From Trichlorobacter lovleyi SZ (GTDB lineage: Bacteria; Desulfobacterota; Desulfuromonadia; Geobacterales; Pseudopelobacteraceae), in assembly GCF_000020385.1 (NCBI RefSeq), contig NC_010814.1, positions 3,450,001-3,482,000 on the forward strand: a DNA stretch of 32,000 nt. Reading direction: 5' to 3'. Under the pieces are notes generated by a model. It was not told where the DNA came from. It saw nothing but the letters and a program-made list of their open reading frames with translations, and searched no databases. Positions within the stretch are counted from its first letter, which is position 1; each line of letters starts with the position of its first letter. A program made the position numbers and the translations under genes. This document shows positions 1 to 8,758 of this stretch, piece by piece.

Positions 1-114
1 CAGACTGATAAGCTCTTTATTTACTGCCTTCAGTGCGGCGTACTGGGCGTTGTGTATTCGTTCTTTCAGTTCCAGAAGGAATGTTGTGTATTCGGCGGGC
101 AGGATATTGGTCAT
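1..114 (-). CDS. DUF1016/YhcG-like (PD-(D/E)XK nuclease family) protein, first 38 codons only; gene runs off the left edge
   Basis: Minus-strand ATG at 114 (cat at 112-114) opens MTNILPAEYTTFLLELKERIHNAQYAALKAVNKELISL..., which stays open to position 1. This N-terminus matches my memory of DUF1016/YhcG proteins. It is absent from the ORF track because the window edge truncates it. Confidence 0.55.
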   Translation of the reverse strand, partial: MTNILPAEYTTFLLELKERIHNAQYAALKAVNKELISL

Positions 115-248
115 TTCTTTCCCTCCAGCACGGAGCTTTTCTCATCAGACAGGGCGTAGAGTACGTAGATGCGGCGGTCGGATTTGAACTCCACGTCAAA
201 CTGTTCGCCTTTGGAGATTATGTCAGTCAGTTGGTCAAGGGTTATCAT
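111..248 (-). CDS. 45-aa ORF (MITLDQLTDIISKGEQFDVEFKSDRRIYVLYALSDEKSSVLEGKK); possible remnant of an AlbA_2/Schlafen-type protein N-terminus
   Basis: ATG at 248 is preceded by GGGGGAAAAA, which is SD-like. The TGA at 111-113 overlaps the ATG of the DUF1016-like ORF (ATGA). The GE..-.EFK motif resembles the start of AlbA_2 domains, but the ORF stops about 20 codons later. Too short for the ORF track. Confidence 0.3.
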   Translation of the reverse strand: MITLDQLTDIISKGEQFDVEFKSDRRIYVLYALSDEKSSVLEGKK

Positions 249-300
249 TTTTTCCCCCTGCCAGCGTACTCTTGATACCTGAACTGGACACGGTCACCTC

Positions 301-343
301 ACCAAATAAAAAAGCAGAGAGCAACATCTCTGTCGCTCTCTGC
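301..343 (-). terminator. Rho-independent terminator downstream of kup
   Basis: A 9-bp stem (gcagagagc 314-322 with gctctctgc 335-343) is followed on the minus strand by TTTTTTATTT (complement of 304-313). It lies 36 nt after the kup stop. Confidence 0.7.
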
Positions 344-378
344 CTGTATACCCCAAGACGGCCTGTTTGACCAGCCCG

Positions 379-2199
379 CTACATCTCCACCCGCGTTACC
401 ACCCCCTGCAGCCGGCTGGCAGGCAGCTTGTTAAACTGCACAAAGTTGGGGGTCTGGCGCTTGATGGTGGCAAACAGCTTCCAGACCGGGTTGGGGGTAC
501 TGATATCTTCCACCCCGTAGAAAATCACCTTCTCCTTGATCCCGTGCTGCTGCAGCAGTGTCTCAATCTCCAGATGTTCCATATAGCCGGCGTGAATCTC
601 AAAGGCATCCAGTCCGGTGGCGATGCCGGTTTTAAGTTCCGACACCAGACCAAACGGCTCGTCAGTCCGCACAATGGAAATAAAGACGTTACGTTCATAG
701 ATAATATTGCTGCGGATGATGCAATGCACCACATAGGGGGGTACCACATTGTACTCCTTCACAAAAAACAGGCCGGTGCCGGGGATGTTGCGCCCTTTGG
801 CGTAGATCTGCTCATAGGCCAGCTCAAAGGTGTCCAGCTCCAGCGGACGCAGGGCGCGGTACAGGGCCCGCTGTCCCTTGGTCCAGACCAGAATGGTGAT
901 AAACGGCACCGAGGCCAGGATGATTGACCAGTAGCCGCCATGTGGCAGCTTGTGCAGGCAGGCGGTAAAAAACACCAGATCCACCACGGTGATCAGGGCG
1001 GCAAAGACCGCCTTCCAGGCCTTGGTGGTGCGGGAGAGGATCAGGATCATCATGATGCCGGTGATACTCATGGAACCGGTCACGGCCAGACCGTAGGCCG
1101 CTGCCAGATTTTCTGACTTCTGGAACACCAGCATGATCACCACCACCGCAATCATCAGCATCCAGTTGACCGAGCCGATGTAGATCTGTGATTTCAGATG
1201 ACTGGAGGTATAGTCCACCTTCAGAAGCGGCAGGATGCGGGTGGTGATCCCCTGGTAGACAATTGAAAAGACCCCGCTGATCATGGCCTGGGAGGCGATG
1301 ATGGTGGCCAGGATAGTCAGGATCAGGAACGGGATATACAGCAGCGGCGCCTGATGCTGCACCATACCGAACAGGTAGTTCTTGGCGCCGGGGTGGGAGA
1401 TGATGAAGGCCCCCTGGCCCAGATAGTTGAGGTACAGCGCCCAGAAGACAATATACCAGGCCCGCACAATCGGCTTGCGCCCCAGATGGCCCATGTCGGC
1501 ATACAGTGCCTCACCGCCGGTGGCACAGAGGATCACCTCGGACAGCACAATGAACCCGGCCAGACCGTTGTCCAGTAGAAACTGCAGGGCGTAATGGGGG
1601 CTGACCGCAAACAGCACGGTGGGGTGCGAGGCAACCGAGACCGCACCGGAAAGCGCCAGGGAGGCAAACCAGACGACCATGATCGGCCCGAAGGCACCGG
1701 CCACCTTGTCAGTCCCCTTGAACTGGAAGACAAACAGTCCCACCGCGATAATAGCAGCGATCAGGATCAGCCAGGACTGGTGCAGCCCACCCAGGCCGGG
1801 AATCAACACCATCCCCTCAACCGCCGAGAGGATCGAAATGGCCGGGGTGATCACCCCGTCTCCCATCAACAGACTGACCCCCAGATAGGTCAGAAAGACC
1901 ACAAAGGTAAGCTGGCGCCCCGGCCTGATCATCCTGGCCAGGATCTCCTTCAGCACGATTGCGCCCCCCTCTCCCTTGCGCCCCAGCCGCATGGCCAGCC
2001 AGGCGTATTCTGCGGTCACCAGAATGGTCATGGTCCAGAACACCAGCGAGAGGATGCCGAAGACGTTCTGCATGGTGGGCTCGGTCAGGGCAAAAACCAC
2101 GGTCAGGGTATAGATCGGACTGGTGCCGATGTCGCCGAATACCAGCCCCATCGCCTTGACAATACCGCCCCAGAAGGAATCACTGTCGTGCTGCTGCAT
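379..2199 (-). CDS. kup: KUP/HAK/KT family potassium uptake transporter
   Basis: 606-aa ORF. The N-terminus ...GLVFGDIGTSPIYTL... is the hallmark Kup motif. The protein is multi-TM throughout with a soluble C-terminal domain. GAGGAG lies 4 nt before the ATG. Confidence 0.95.
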   Translation of the reverse strand: MQQHDSDSFWGGIVKAMGLVFGDIGTSPIYTLTVVFALTEPTMQNVFGILSLVFWTMTILVTAEYAWLAMRLGRKGEGGAIVLKEILARMIRPGRQLTFVVFLTYLGVSLLMGDGVITPAISILSAVEGMVLIPGLGGLHQSWLILIAAIIAVGLFVFQFKGTDKVAGAFGPIMVVWFASLALSGAVSVASHPTVLFAVSPHYALQFLLDNGLAGFIVLSEVILCATGGEALYADMGHLGRKPIVRAWYIVFWALYLNYLGQGAFIISHPGAKNYLFGMVQHQAPLLYIPFLILTILATIIASQAMISGVFSIVYQGITTRILPLLKVDYTSSHLKSQIYIGSVNWMLMIAVVVIMLVFQKSENLAAAYGLAVTGSMSITGIMMILILSRTTKAWKAVFAALITVVDLVFFTACLHKLPHGGYWSIILASVPFITILVWTKGQRALYRALRPLELDTFELAYEQIYAKGRNIPGTGLFFVKEYNVVPPYVVHCIIRSNIIYERNVFISIVRTDEPFGLVSELKTGIATGLDAFEIHAGYMEHLEIETLLQQHGIKEKVIFYGVEDISTPNPVWKLFATIKRQTPNFVQFNKLPASRLQGVVTRVEM

Positions 2200-2247
2200 G
2201 CTGCTCCTCTTGATGCTGATGAAGTACCTGCCTGTATAGGCCTTCCC

Positions 2248-2298
2248 GTGTCAAGGGGGTATCAAGATGGGTGACAAATGTATCAAGAAAGTATCAAG
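2248..2298 (-). promoter_or_regulatory. Four phased direct repeats (3x CTTGATAC plus CTTGACAC) overlapping the kup -35 region; candidate response-regulator binding array
   Basis: On the plus strand, gtatcaag occurs at 2291-2298, 2280-2287 and 2259-2266, and gtgtcaag at 2248-2255. The spacings are 11, 21 and 11 bp, so all copies face the same side of the helix. A TATACA -10-like hexamer (complement of 2233-2238) lies 10 bp downstream of the last repeat. This resembles Pho-box-type activator promoters. Confidence 0.4.
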
Positions 2299-2325
2299 AA
2301 CCGGAACAGTGCTCACATTCCGGTT
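2299..2325 (-). terminator. Hairpin downstream of kdpE (weak terminator candidate)
   Basis: 8-bp stem (aaccggaa 2299-2306 with ttccggtt 2318-2325) and an 11-nt loop. The trailing minus-strand sequence CUUGAUACUUUCUU is only moderately U-rich. Confidence 0.35.
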
Positions 2326-2440
2326 TCAGATCAGAGATGATATCAAGGCGGCGAGGACTGAGGCGACGAGGTGTACACGACAGTACATTGAGGAGCTGAG
2401 GACGAGCCAACGACGATAGGGCTTTGATATGGAACCGGAA

Positions 2441-3139
2441 TCAGACCAGACGGTAGCCAATCCCTGGTTCGGTAGTGATATAGCGTGGTTGTGCCGGATC
2501 TGGCTCGATCTTGCGCCGCAGATTGCTGATGTTGACCCGCAGCACATGGGGTTGCTCAAGGTGGGACGGCCCCCAGATCTTGTTCAGGATATGGCGGTGG
2601 GTCAAAACCTTGCCGGCCTGACTGATCAGCAGCTTGAGCAGGTCATACTCCGTGGGGGTCAGCTGCACCTCCAGACCTTTAACCAGCACCCGCCGCAACT
2701 CAAGGTTTACCTCCAGATCATCCCGCACAAAGGTCGGCTCCGGGGTCAGTTGCCGGGCACGGCGCAAACTGGCCCGCATCCTGGCCAGCAGCTCTCCCAC
2801 GCCAAACGGTTTGGTCAGGTAATCATCAGCCCCGGCATCCAGCGCGGCGATCTTGTCCTCCTCCCGCTCCCGCACCGAGAGTACGATGATCGGCACCTGT
2901 GACCACTCCCTGATCCGTTTAATCACCTCAATGCCGTCCAGATCCGGCAAACCAAGATCCAGCAGGATCAGGTCCGGCCGGATGGTGGCGGTGACTGACA
3001 GGCCGGCATGACCATGTTCGGCCTCATGCAGCGAAAACTCCTCGCTGGACAGCACCGTCCGCAAAAAGCGCCGGATTGCCACTTCATCATCAATGATCAG
3101 GATACGCGGGAGGTTATCTCCCGCAGTCTCAGGTGTCAT
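2441..3139 (-). CDS. kdpE: OmpR-family response regulator KdpE
   Basis: 232 aa with a receiver domain (ILIIDDE...DLGLPDLDG...KP) and a winged-helix C-terminus (...LTPTEYDLLKLL...GYRL). It lies next to kdpD. Confidence 0.9.
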   Translation of the reverse strand: MTPETAGDNLPRILIIDDEVAIRRFLRTVLSSEEFSLHEAEHGHAGLSVTATIRPDLILLDLGLPDLDGIEVIKRIREWSQVPIIVLSVREREEDKIAALDAGADDYLTKPFGVGELLARMRASLRRARQLTPEPTFVRDDLEVNLELRRVLVKGLEVQLTPTEYDLLKLLISQAGKVLTHRHILNKIWGPSHLEQPHVLRVNISNLRRKIEPDPAQPRYITTEPGIGYRLV

Positions 3140-3185
3140 AACCGACTGTTCTCCTTAACACGGATAACCAAAACCATCAAAATCA

Positions 3186-3280
3186 TAGCACGCAGATCAA
3201 ATCTGATTTTGGCGGTTTTCGCAGCTCTAAAACAGACTATACATCTGCGTAAATCCGTTCAATCTGCATCATCCGCGTTC
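3186..3280. repeat. Compact (~95 bp) copy of a MITE-like palindromic element in the kdpD-kdpE spacer
   Basis: The left end is atagcacgcagatcaaatctgattttggcggttttcgcag and the right end is atctgcgtaaatccgttcaatctgcatcatccgcgttc. The two ends are imperfect reverse complements. Both ends match the ends of the longer copy at 11981-12211 (shared ATAGCACGC... and ...CATCCGCGTTC). Confidence 0.55.
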
Positions 3281-3332
3281 TATCGTCATCGCTTTTCATC
3301 ATATTTTGTAAAGCTTGATCTTAAATACAATT

Positions 3333-6005
3333 CTACCTGCTCAACGGCAACCGTATCACCATCATCAGCCCGCCGCCAGACTTGTTTATGGCCCTGATGC
3401 TACCATTATGGGCCTCAACAATCCCCTTGCAGATCGAAAGCCCCAATCCGGTGCCACCCACCCCCTCCGGTACCGGTATCCGGTAAAACTTGTCAAAAAC
3501 CCGTTTTAGATCCTGTTCCGGCACACCGGGCCCCTGGTCGGCAATCTCCAGCAACAGCCAACCCCGCTCAAGGCGGGCACTAATCTCGATACTACTTTCA
3601 GCCGGGGAATATTTCAGGGAATTATCCAACAGATTTACCAGCACCTGGGTCATCAGTACCAGATCCATCGGCACCATCGGCAGGTCATCCGGCAGCCTGA
3701 TCCGGATGGTACGCCCCCCCACCCGCTGCTTGATGGCGGCCATGGCACAGCCCACCAGATCCTGTATGTCGCACAGCTCACTGTTCAGCCTGATGGCGCC
3801 GGCCTCAATCCGGGTCATATCCAGCAGGTTGCCCACAAAGCGGTTCAAGCGCTCGGCCTCACCGGCAGCCGTATCCAGCAGTTCATCCCGTGCCTGATCA
3901 TTGAGGTGCATCCCATCATCCCGCAGGCTTGCCAGCACGCCGGTTACCGTGACCAGCGGGGTGCGCAGGTCATGGGAGATGGAGTTCAGCAAGGCACGCT
4001 CCAGATTTTCACGGGCCTGGAGGATCTGAGCCTGTTCAGCCTGATGGGAGAACTGGACCCGTTCAATGGCCATGGCAGCCTGGGTGGCAAAGGCATCCAG
4101 CAGACGACGGCTCTCAGTGGAGCGATAATCAAGTTCATCCTCCATCCGTATCCCCAATACCCCCAGTTGGCTGGCAGGGGTCTGCAGTGGCAGATAGAGC
4201 AATTCTGCCGAGATCAAGGTATCAGTGCCACGTCCGGCCGGCTGACGGTTACGGAAGGCCCAGTCTGCCACGGCCTGTTCCTTGCTATCCAGAATCAGCC
4301 CGTCACTGGCTGCCTGCAGCTCAAGCCGCTCACCCTCCGGCAGCAACATAACTGCCTTGGCATTCAAGGCCTCTTCCACGTTTCTGATCACTGACTTTAA
4401 CACCTTGGAAATATCGGCGGCCGCAGCCAGATCACGGCTCAGGTAATAGAGCGAGGCGGTCTGAATCTCCCTGACCCGGATTACATCAGCCCGCTCCTGC
4501 GACCTGGCCACCAGCGAGCTGATCACCAGCCCCACCACCAGCAGGCCAGCAAAGGTGATCAGATACTGGGTATCGGCCACCACAAAGGTGATATGGGGCG
4601 GCACAAAGAAGAAGTCAAAGGCCAGCACCCCCAGAAAGGCGGTCAGCATGGCCGGTCTGCGCCCCAGCCGGACCGCAGCCACGACCACCGCCAGCAAATA
4701 GACCATCACCAGATTGGTCGGTTCCAGAAAGCGACTGACCAATCCGCACAACAGGGTGGCTGCGGCCACCAGCAACGCGGCGGCCGGATAACCGAAAGGA
4801 TGGGCATGGTGCGGATGTTTGACCTGCTGCTGCGCTCCTCCCTGCCGACCGTCGCTGCTGATCCGCACCACAAAGACATCACTGCTGATGCTGCGGCGGA
4901 TGATTTGATCCACAATCGGCGGGTGCAGCAGCTCCTGCCAGCGGCTGCGGCTGGGCTTGCCCACTACAATGCGGGTCACATTATGACGGACGGCATACTC
5001 CACCACCGCATCAGGCACCGACGTGGCAGTCAACGTCGCCACCTGCGCCCCCAGGCTTTCAGCAAAGCGCAGATCCTGCCAGATCCGTTCACGGTTTTCT
5101 CTGGTCTGACGGTCGCTGCCCGGTGTCTCGATATAAACCGTATGCCAGGGGGCCTTCAGCTCCTCAGCCAGCCTGCGGGTGGCCCGGATCAACTGCTCGC
5201 TGAACGGGCTGCCACTGACGCAGACCAGCAGCCGTTCCGCTGTGGGCCAGGGACCGGGAATCGACTGGGTCTCCATGTAGGCCCGCATCTGATCATCCAC
5301 CCGGGCAGCGGTACGGCGCAGAGACAGCTCCCGCAGCGCCATCAGGTTGCCGGGACGGAAGAACTTCTCAATCGCCTTGGCAGCCTGATCCGGGATGTAG
5401 ACCTTGCCTTCATGCAAGCGTTGCAGCAGATCTTCCGGCGGGAGATCGATCAGCTTGATTTCAAAAGCGATATCCAGCAGCCGGTCCGGCACGGTCTCCC
5501 GCACGGTGATGCCGGTAATCTGGGCCACCACGTCGTTCAGACTCTCGAAATGCTGGATATTGACCGTGGTGTAGACATCGATCCCGGCCGCCAGCAGTTC
5601 CTCAACATCCTGCCAGCGTTTTTCATGACGCGATCCGGGCACGTTGCAGTGAGCCAGCTCATCCACCAGTACAATCTGCGGCTTACGGGTCAGAATGGCA
5701 TCCAGATCCATCTCCGGCAGCAGTACCCCGGCATAGGACAGCTCACGGCGTGGGATCAGCTCCAGCCCATCCAGCAGGGCATCGGTCTCACTGCGGCCAT
5801 GGGATTCCACATAGCCCACCACCACGTCACGGCCATCCCGTTTGCGCTCCCGCGCTGCCTCCAGCATGGCGTAGGTCTTGCCCACCCCGGCGGCATAGCC
5901 CAGAAACACCTTCAGCCTGCCCTGCCCGGATTGTGCCTCCTCAGCCTGGGCCAGCTTCAGCATCGCCTCAGGTGTGGGACGTATGGTGGTGTCAGGAATG
6001 GTCAT
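3333..6005 (-). CDS. kdpD: Sensor histidine kinase KdpD
   Basis: 890 aa with an N-terminal KdpD domain (GYAAGVGKTYAML), a Usp-like region, TM segments, a HisKA domain (SHDLRTPL) and a HATPase domain (GTGLGLSICKGIVEAHNG). The start overlaps the kdpC stop by 4 nt. Confidence 0.95.
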   Translation of the reverse strand: MTIPDTTIRPTPEAMLKLAQAEEAQSGQGRLKVFLGYAAGVGKTYAMLEAARERKRDGRDVVVGYVESHGRSETDALLDGLELIPRRELSYAGVLLPEMDLDAILTRKPQIVLVDELAHCNVPGSRHEKRWQDVEELLAAGIDVYTTVNIQHFESLNDVVAQITGITVRETVPDRLLDIAFEIKLIDLPPEDLLQRLHEGKVYIPDQAAKAIEKFFRPGNLMALRELSLRRTAARVDDQMRAYMETQSIPGPWPTAERLLVCVSGSPFSEQLIRATRRLAEELKAPWHTVYIETPGSDRQTRENRERIWQDLRFAESLGAQVATLTATSVPDAVVEYAVRHNVTRIVVGKPSRSRWQELLHPPIVDQIIRRSISSDVFVVRISSDGRQGGAQQQVKHPHHAHPFGYPAAALLVAAATLLCGLVSRFLEPTNLVMVYLLAVVVAAVRLGRRPAMLTAFLGVLAFDFFFVPPHITFVVADTQYLITFAGLLVVGLVISSLVARSQERADVIRVREIQTASLYYLSRDLAAAADISKVLKSVIRNVEEALNAKAVMLLPEGERLELQAASDGLILDSKEQAVADWAFRNRQPAGRGTDTLISAELLYLPLQTPASQLGVLGIRMEDELDYRSTESRRLLDAFATQAAMAIERVQFSHQAEQAQILQARENLERALLNSISHDLRTPLVTVTGVLASLRDDGMHLNDQARDELLDTAAGEAERLNRFVGNLLDMTRIEAGAIRLNSELCDIQDLVGCAMAAIKQRVGGRTIRIRLPDDLPMVPMDLVLMTQVLVNLLDNSLKYSPAESSIEISARLERGWLLLEIADQGPGVPEQDLKRVFDKFYRIPVPEGVGGTGLGLSICKGIVEAHNGSIRAINKSGGGLMMVIRLPLSR

Positions 6006-6571
6006 CGGGTTAGTGTATCTAATTTAAGGTTTACCGCAAGCACGTTTACCCGTGCTGCACCCAGAATGCCCAGTTGTGGGCCTGCAGTGTTCTCATTGAT
6101 CAGCTTCTGTACCGCTGTTTCAGGAATACCACGGGCTTTGGCAATCCGTGCCGCCTGCAGCCTGGCAGCCTGTGGTGAAAGGTGGGGATCAAGCCCGCTG
6201 GCCGAGGCCTGCGCCAGTTCAGTCGGGATCAGGCCGGTCATGCCGCTCTCCCGCAGCGTCTTGACCCGTTCTGCCACGGTCTTCAGGTAATCCGGGTTGG
6301 TTTGCCCGCTATTGGAACCGCCGGAGGCAGAGGGGTTGTAACCGAATTCTGCGGTGACAGAGGGACGCGGCCAGAGGTATTGGGGAGCAGAGAACGGCTG
6401 GCCGATCAGGTTGGAACCGAGCTCTTTGCCTGCCTTGTCGATAATCAAGCTGCCCTTGGCCTGATCCGGAAACAGGGCGTGGGCAATGCCGGTTACCAGG
6501 GCCGGATAGATGCCGCCGCAGATGATGGTGAACATGATAAACAGCAGGATGGCGGGTTTGATATCTTTCAT
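6002..6571 (-). CDS. kdpC: K+-transporting ATPase subunit C
   Basis: 189 aa with one N-terminal TM segment and typical KdpC motifs (GSNLIGQ, SGGSN, ASASGLDPHLSP). Confidence 0.93.
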   Translation of the reverse strand: MKDIKPAILLFIMFTIICGGIYPALVTGIAHALFPDQAKGSLIIDKAGKELGSNLIGQPFSAPQYLWPRPSVTAEFGYNPSASGGSNSGQTNPDYLKTVAERVKTLRESGMTGLIPTELAQASASGLDPHLSPQAARLQAARIAKARGIPETAVQKLINENTAGPQLGILGAARVNVLAVNLKLDTLTR

Positions 6572-6582
6572 GGTGTTGCTCC

Positions 6583-8652
6583 TTAGACAATCAAGCCAGC
6601 AATGCAGAGATCAATCAGCTTGATCCCGACGAACGGCGCGATGATCCCCCCCAAGCCATAGATCAGCAGATTGTGGATCAGCAGTTTTTCAGCAGGTATG
6701 GCCCGGAATTTCGTCCCTTTCAGGGCCAGTGGCACCAGCAGCGGAATGATGATGGCGTTAAAGATCACGGCCGAGAGGATGGCGCTGTAGGGGCTGGCCA
6801 GCCCCATCACGTTCAGGACGCCCAGTCGGGGATAGATTGAGAGCAGGGCGGCCGGGATAATGGCAAAGTACTTGGCAATGTCGTTGGAGATGCTGAAGGT
6901 GGTCAGGTTGCCGCGGGTCATCAGGATCTGCTTACCCACCTCCACAATATCCAACAATTTTGTTGGGTTGGAGTCCAGATCAATGATATTGGCAGCCTCC
7001 CGGGCCGGCTGGGTGCCGGTGTTCATGGCCACTGCCACATCTGCCTGGGCCAGTGCCGGGGCATCATTGGTGCCATCACCGGTCATGGCCACCATGAAAC
7101 CGGCCTCCTGATGATCCTTGATCAGCCGCAGCTTATCCTCCGGCTTGGCCTGGGCCATAAAGTCATCCACCTGGGCCTCGGCTGCAATGGCTGCGGCGGT
7201 CAGCGGGTTGTCGCCGGTGATCATGATGGTCTTGATCCCCATGGAACGCAGTTGCAGAAAGCGTTCCTGGATACCGGCCTTGATAATATCCTTCAGGTTG
7301 ATCACCCCCAGGATCTCGTTGTCGAGGCTGACCACCAGCGGCGTGGCTCCGGCCCGGGCGATCCTGTCCACCAGATCAGCCAGTTCAGTGGGGATGCTGG
7401 TGGCGCCCAGCCCTTTGACAAAGGCGATGGTGGAGTCTGAGGCGCCCTTACGGTAACGCCTTCCCGCCAGATTAATACCGGACAGTCGAGTATCGGCGCT
7501 AAAATCCACCACTTCAGCATCCTTTGGCGTCTCTCTGGTCAGCCCGTATTTCTGTCTGGCCAGGGCAACCACGCTACGTCCTTCGGGAGTCTCGTCAGCC
7601 AGGGAGGCCATCAGGGCCGCCTCGGCCAGCTCCTGTTCGCTGTGACCACCTACCGGGACAAAGGCGACGGCCTCGCGGTTGCCGTGGGTAATGGTGCCGG
7701 TCTTGTCCAGCAGCAGCACATTGACATCACCGGCTGCCTCAATGGCCCGGCCGGACAGGGCAATCACGTTCTTCTGAAACAGGCGGTCCATGCCGGCAAT
7801 GCCGATGCCAGGCAGCAGGGCCGCAATGGTGGTGGGGGCCAGACAGACAAACAGGGAGGTCAGAATAGTCAGCGAGACCGGCGTACCCTGCCCGGCTGCC
7901 TTGACGCTATAGCTGGAGAGCGGCGCAATATTGGCGCAGACCAGCAGGAAGACCACGGTCAGGGCGATCAGCAACAGTTCCAGCGCCACCTCGTTGGGGG
8001 TCTTACGACGCTTGGCCCCCTCGATCAGGCCGATCATCCGGTCCAGAAAGGTCTCGCCGGGGTTGGCGGTAATTCTGACAATGATGCGGTTGGCGATCAC
8101 CGTGGTGCCGCCGGTCACGGCGCTGCGGTCACCGCCTGACTCACGGATCACCGGGGCTGATTCGCCGGTCACGGCAGATTCATTCACCAGGGCCGCCCCG
8201 GCCAGCACATCGCCGTCACCGGCAATCATATCGCCCGCCTCCACCAGGATGCAGTCCCCCTTGCGGAGCTGGCTGGCACCAACCGTGGTAAAAGCACTGT
8301 TAAACTCAGGTTTGGCAAGCTGTTTTGCGGTGACGTTGGTCCGGGATGAACGCAGGGAAGCGGCCCGCGCCTTGCCGCGCCCTTCAGCCAGAGATTCGGC
8401 AAAGGTGGAGAAGATCACGGTCAGCCAGAGCCAGAAAGACACTGCACCGGTAAACCAGGACGGTTCCTGGTTGGCACCGGAGAGCGACATGCCAAAGGTG
8501 ATCAGGGTAATCAGACTGGCGATCTCAACGCAGAGCATGACCGGGTTACGCCAGAGCTGGCGTGGATCAAGTTTTTTCAGGGACTCCAGCAATGCCCCCT
8601 GCAGCAGTACTGTATCAAAGGCCGATTGCGGCTGTTGATTGTGTTTGGACAT
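6583..8652 (-). CDS. kdpB: K+-transporting P-type ATPase subunit B
   Basis: P-type ATPase motifs DKTGTIT and [21 protein letters not shown] are present. I place the start at the ATG at 8652, with AGGAG 6 nt upstream. The track's 8658 start is a TTG. Confidence 0.95.
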   Translation of the reverse strand: MSKHNQQPQSAFDTVLLQGALLESLKKLDPRQLWRNPVMLCVEIASLITLITFGMSLSGANQEPSWFTGAVSFWLWLTVIFSTFAESLAEGRGKARAASLRSSRTNVTAKQLAKPEFNSAFTTVGASQLRKGDCILVEAGDMIAGDGDVLAGAALVNESAVTGESAPVIRESGGDRSAVTGGTTVIANRIIVRITANPGETFLDRMIGLIEGAKRRKTPNEVALELLLIALTVVFLLVCANIAPLSSYSVKAAGQGTPVSLTILTSLFVCLAPTTIAALLPGIGIAGMDRLFQKNVIALSGRAIEAAGDVNVLLLDKTGTITHGNREAVAFVPVGGHSEQELAEAALMASLADETPEGRSVVALARQKYGLTRETPKDAEVVDFSADTRLSGINLAGRRYRKGASDSTIAFVKGLGATSIPTELADLVDRIARAGATPLVVSLDNEILGVINLKDIIKAGIQERFLQLRSMGIKTIMITGDNPLTAAAIAAEAQVDDFMAQAKPEDKLRLIKDHQEAGFMVAMTGDGTNDAPALAQADVAVAMNTGTQPAREAANIIDLDSNPTKLLDIVEVGKQILMTRGNLTTFSISNDIAKYFAIIPAALLSIYPRLGVLNVMGLASPYSAILSAVIFNAIIIPLLVPLALKGTKFRAIPAEKLLIHNLLIYGLGGIIAPFVGIKLIDLCIAGLIV

Positions 8653-8673
8653 TTTCAACTCCTGTTTCTTGCT

Positions 8674-8758
8674 CCCCCCTTCAAAAAGGGGGGTTGGGGG
8701 GGATTTATGGCCTCAGACAACGGCAAATCCCCCTAAGTCCCCCTTTAATAAGGGGGAC
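8674..8758. repeat. Three GC-rich stem-loops filling the kdpA-kdpB intercistronic spacer (REP-like element)
   Basis: The three stems are cccccctt 8674-8681 with aagggggg 8686-8693, gggggattt 8698-8706 with aaatccccc 8725-8733, and gtccccctt 8737-8745 with aagggggac 8750-8758. The spurious translations ([10 protein letters not shown]..., SPPLIRGT) are typical of a widespread small intergenic repeat type. Confidence 0.5.

Noticed and set aside
271-278. A lone CTTGATAC on the plus strand downstream of kup
   Set aside because: A single 8-mer match is expected about once by chance in 2 x 32 kb. It is not phased with other copies and lies in a terminator-proximal region.
1594-2274. 226-aa plus-strand ORF antisense to the 5' half of kup (other antisense ORFs at 367-927 and 1619-1888)
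   Set aside because: Same reasoning. The composition is low complexity (runs of H, Q, G, D, R) opposite a confidently identified transporter gene.
2200-2440. Search for a c-di-AMP (ydaO/kimA-type) or c-di-GMP/cGAMP (GEMM-I) riboswitch upstream of kup, and in 10698-10866 upstream of kdp
   Set aside because: The predicted 5' UTRs are short (about 25-50 nt). I could not find the conserved cores I remember, such as an ACGCAAAGC-type segment with paired GNRA/receptor hairpins. Only a covariance-model scan (Rfam/Infernal) could exclude them formally.
2326-2440. Pyrimidine-rich kdpE 3' region on the minus strand with repeated CCTCAG/CTCGTC motifs, a TGTAC..GTACA mini-hairpin and three copies of AACCGGAA/TTCCGGTT; possible 3'-UTR sRNA. 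Also the 77-aa ORF at 2326-2559
   Set aside because: The motifs are short and degenerate, with no promoter or clear processing signal. The ORF overlaps the kdpE C-terminus in another frame. Evidence from sequence alone is insufficient.
4593-6290. 565-aa plus-strand ORF antisense to kdpD and kdpC
   Set aside because: It lies entirely opposite well-supported kdpD/kdpC coding sequence. The translation is Arg/Gly/His/Gln/Pro-rich low complexity with no recognisable domain or SD. This is a typical long antisense frame in GC-rich coding DNA.
7642-8638. 165-aa and 235-aa plus-strand ORFs antisense to kdpB
   Set aside because: These are antisense frames of a P-type ATPase gene with no independent coding signal. 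The same applies to 9094-9663 and 8782-9087 opposite kdpA, and to 13572-14108 opposite capA.
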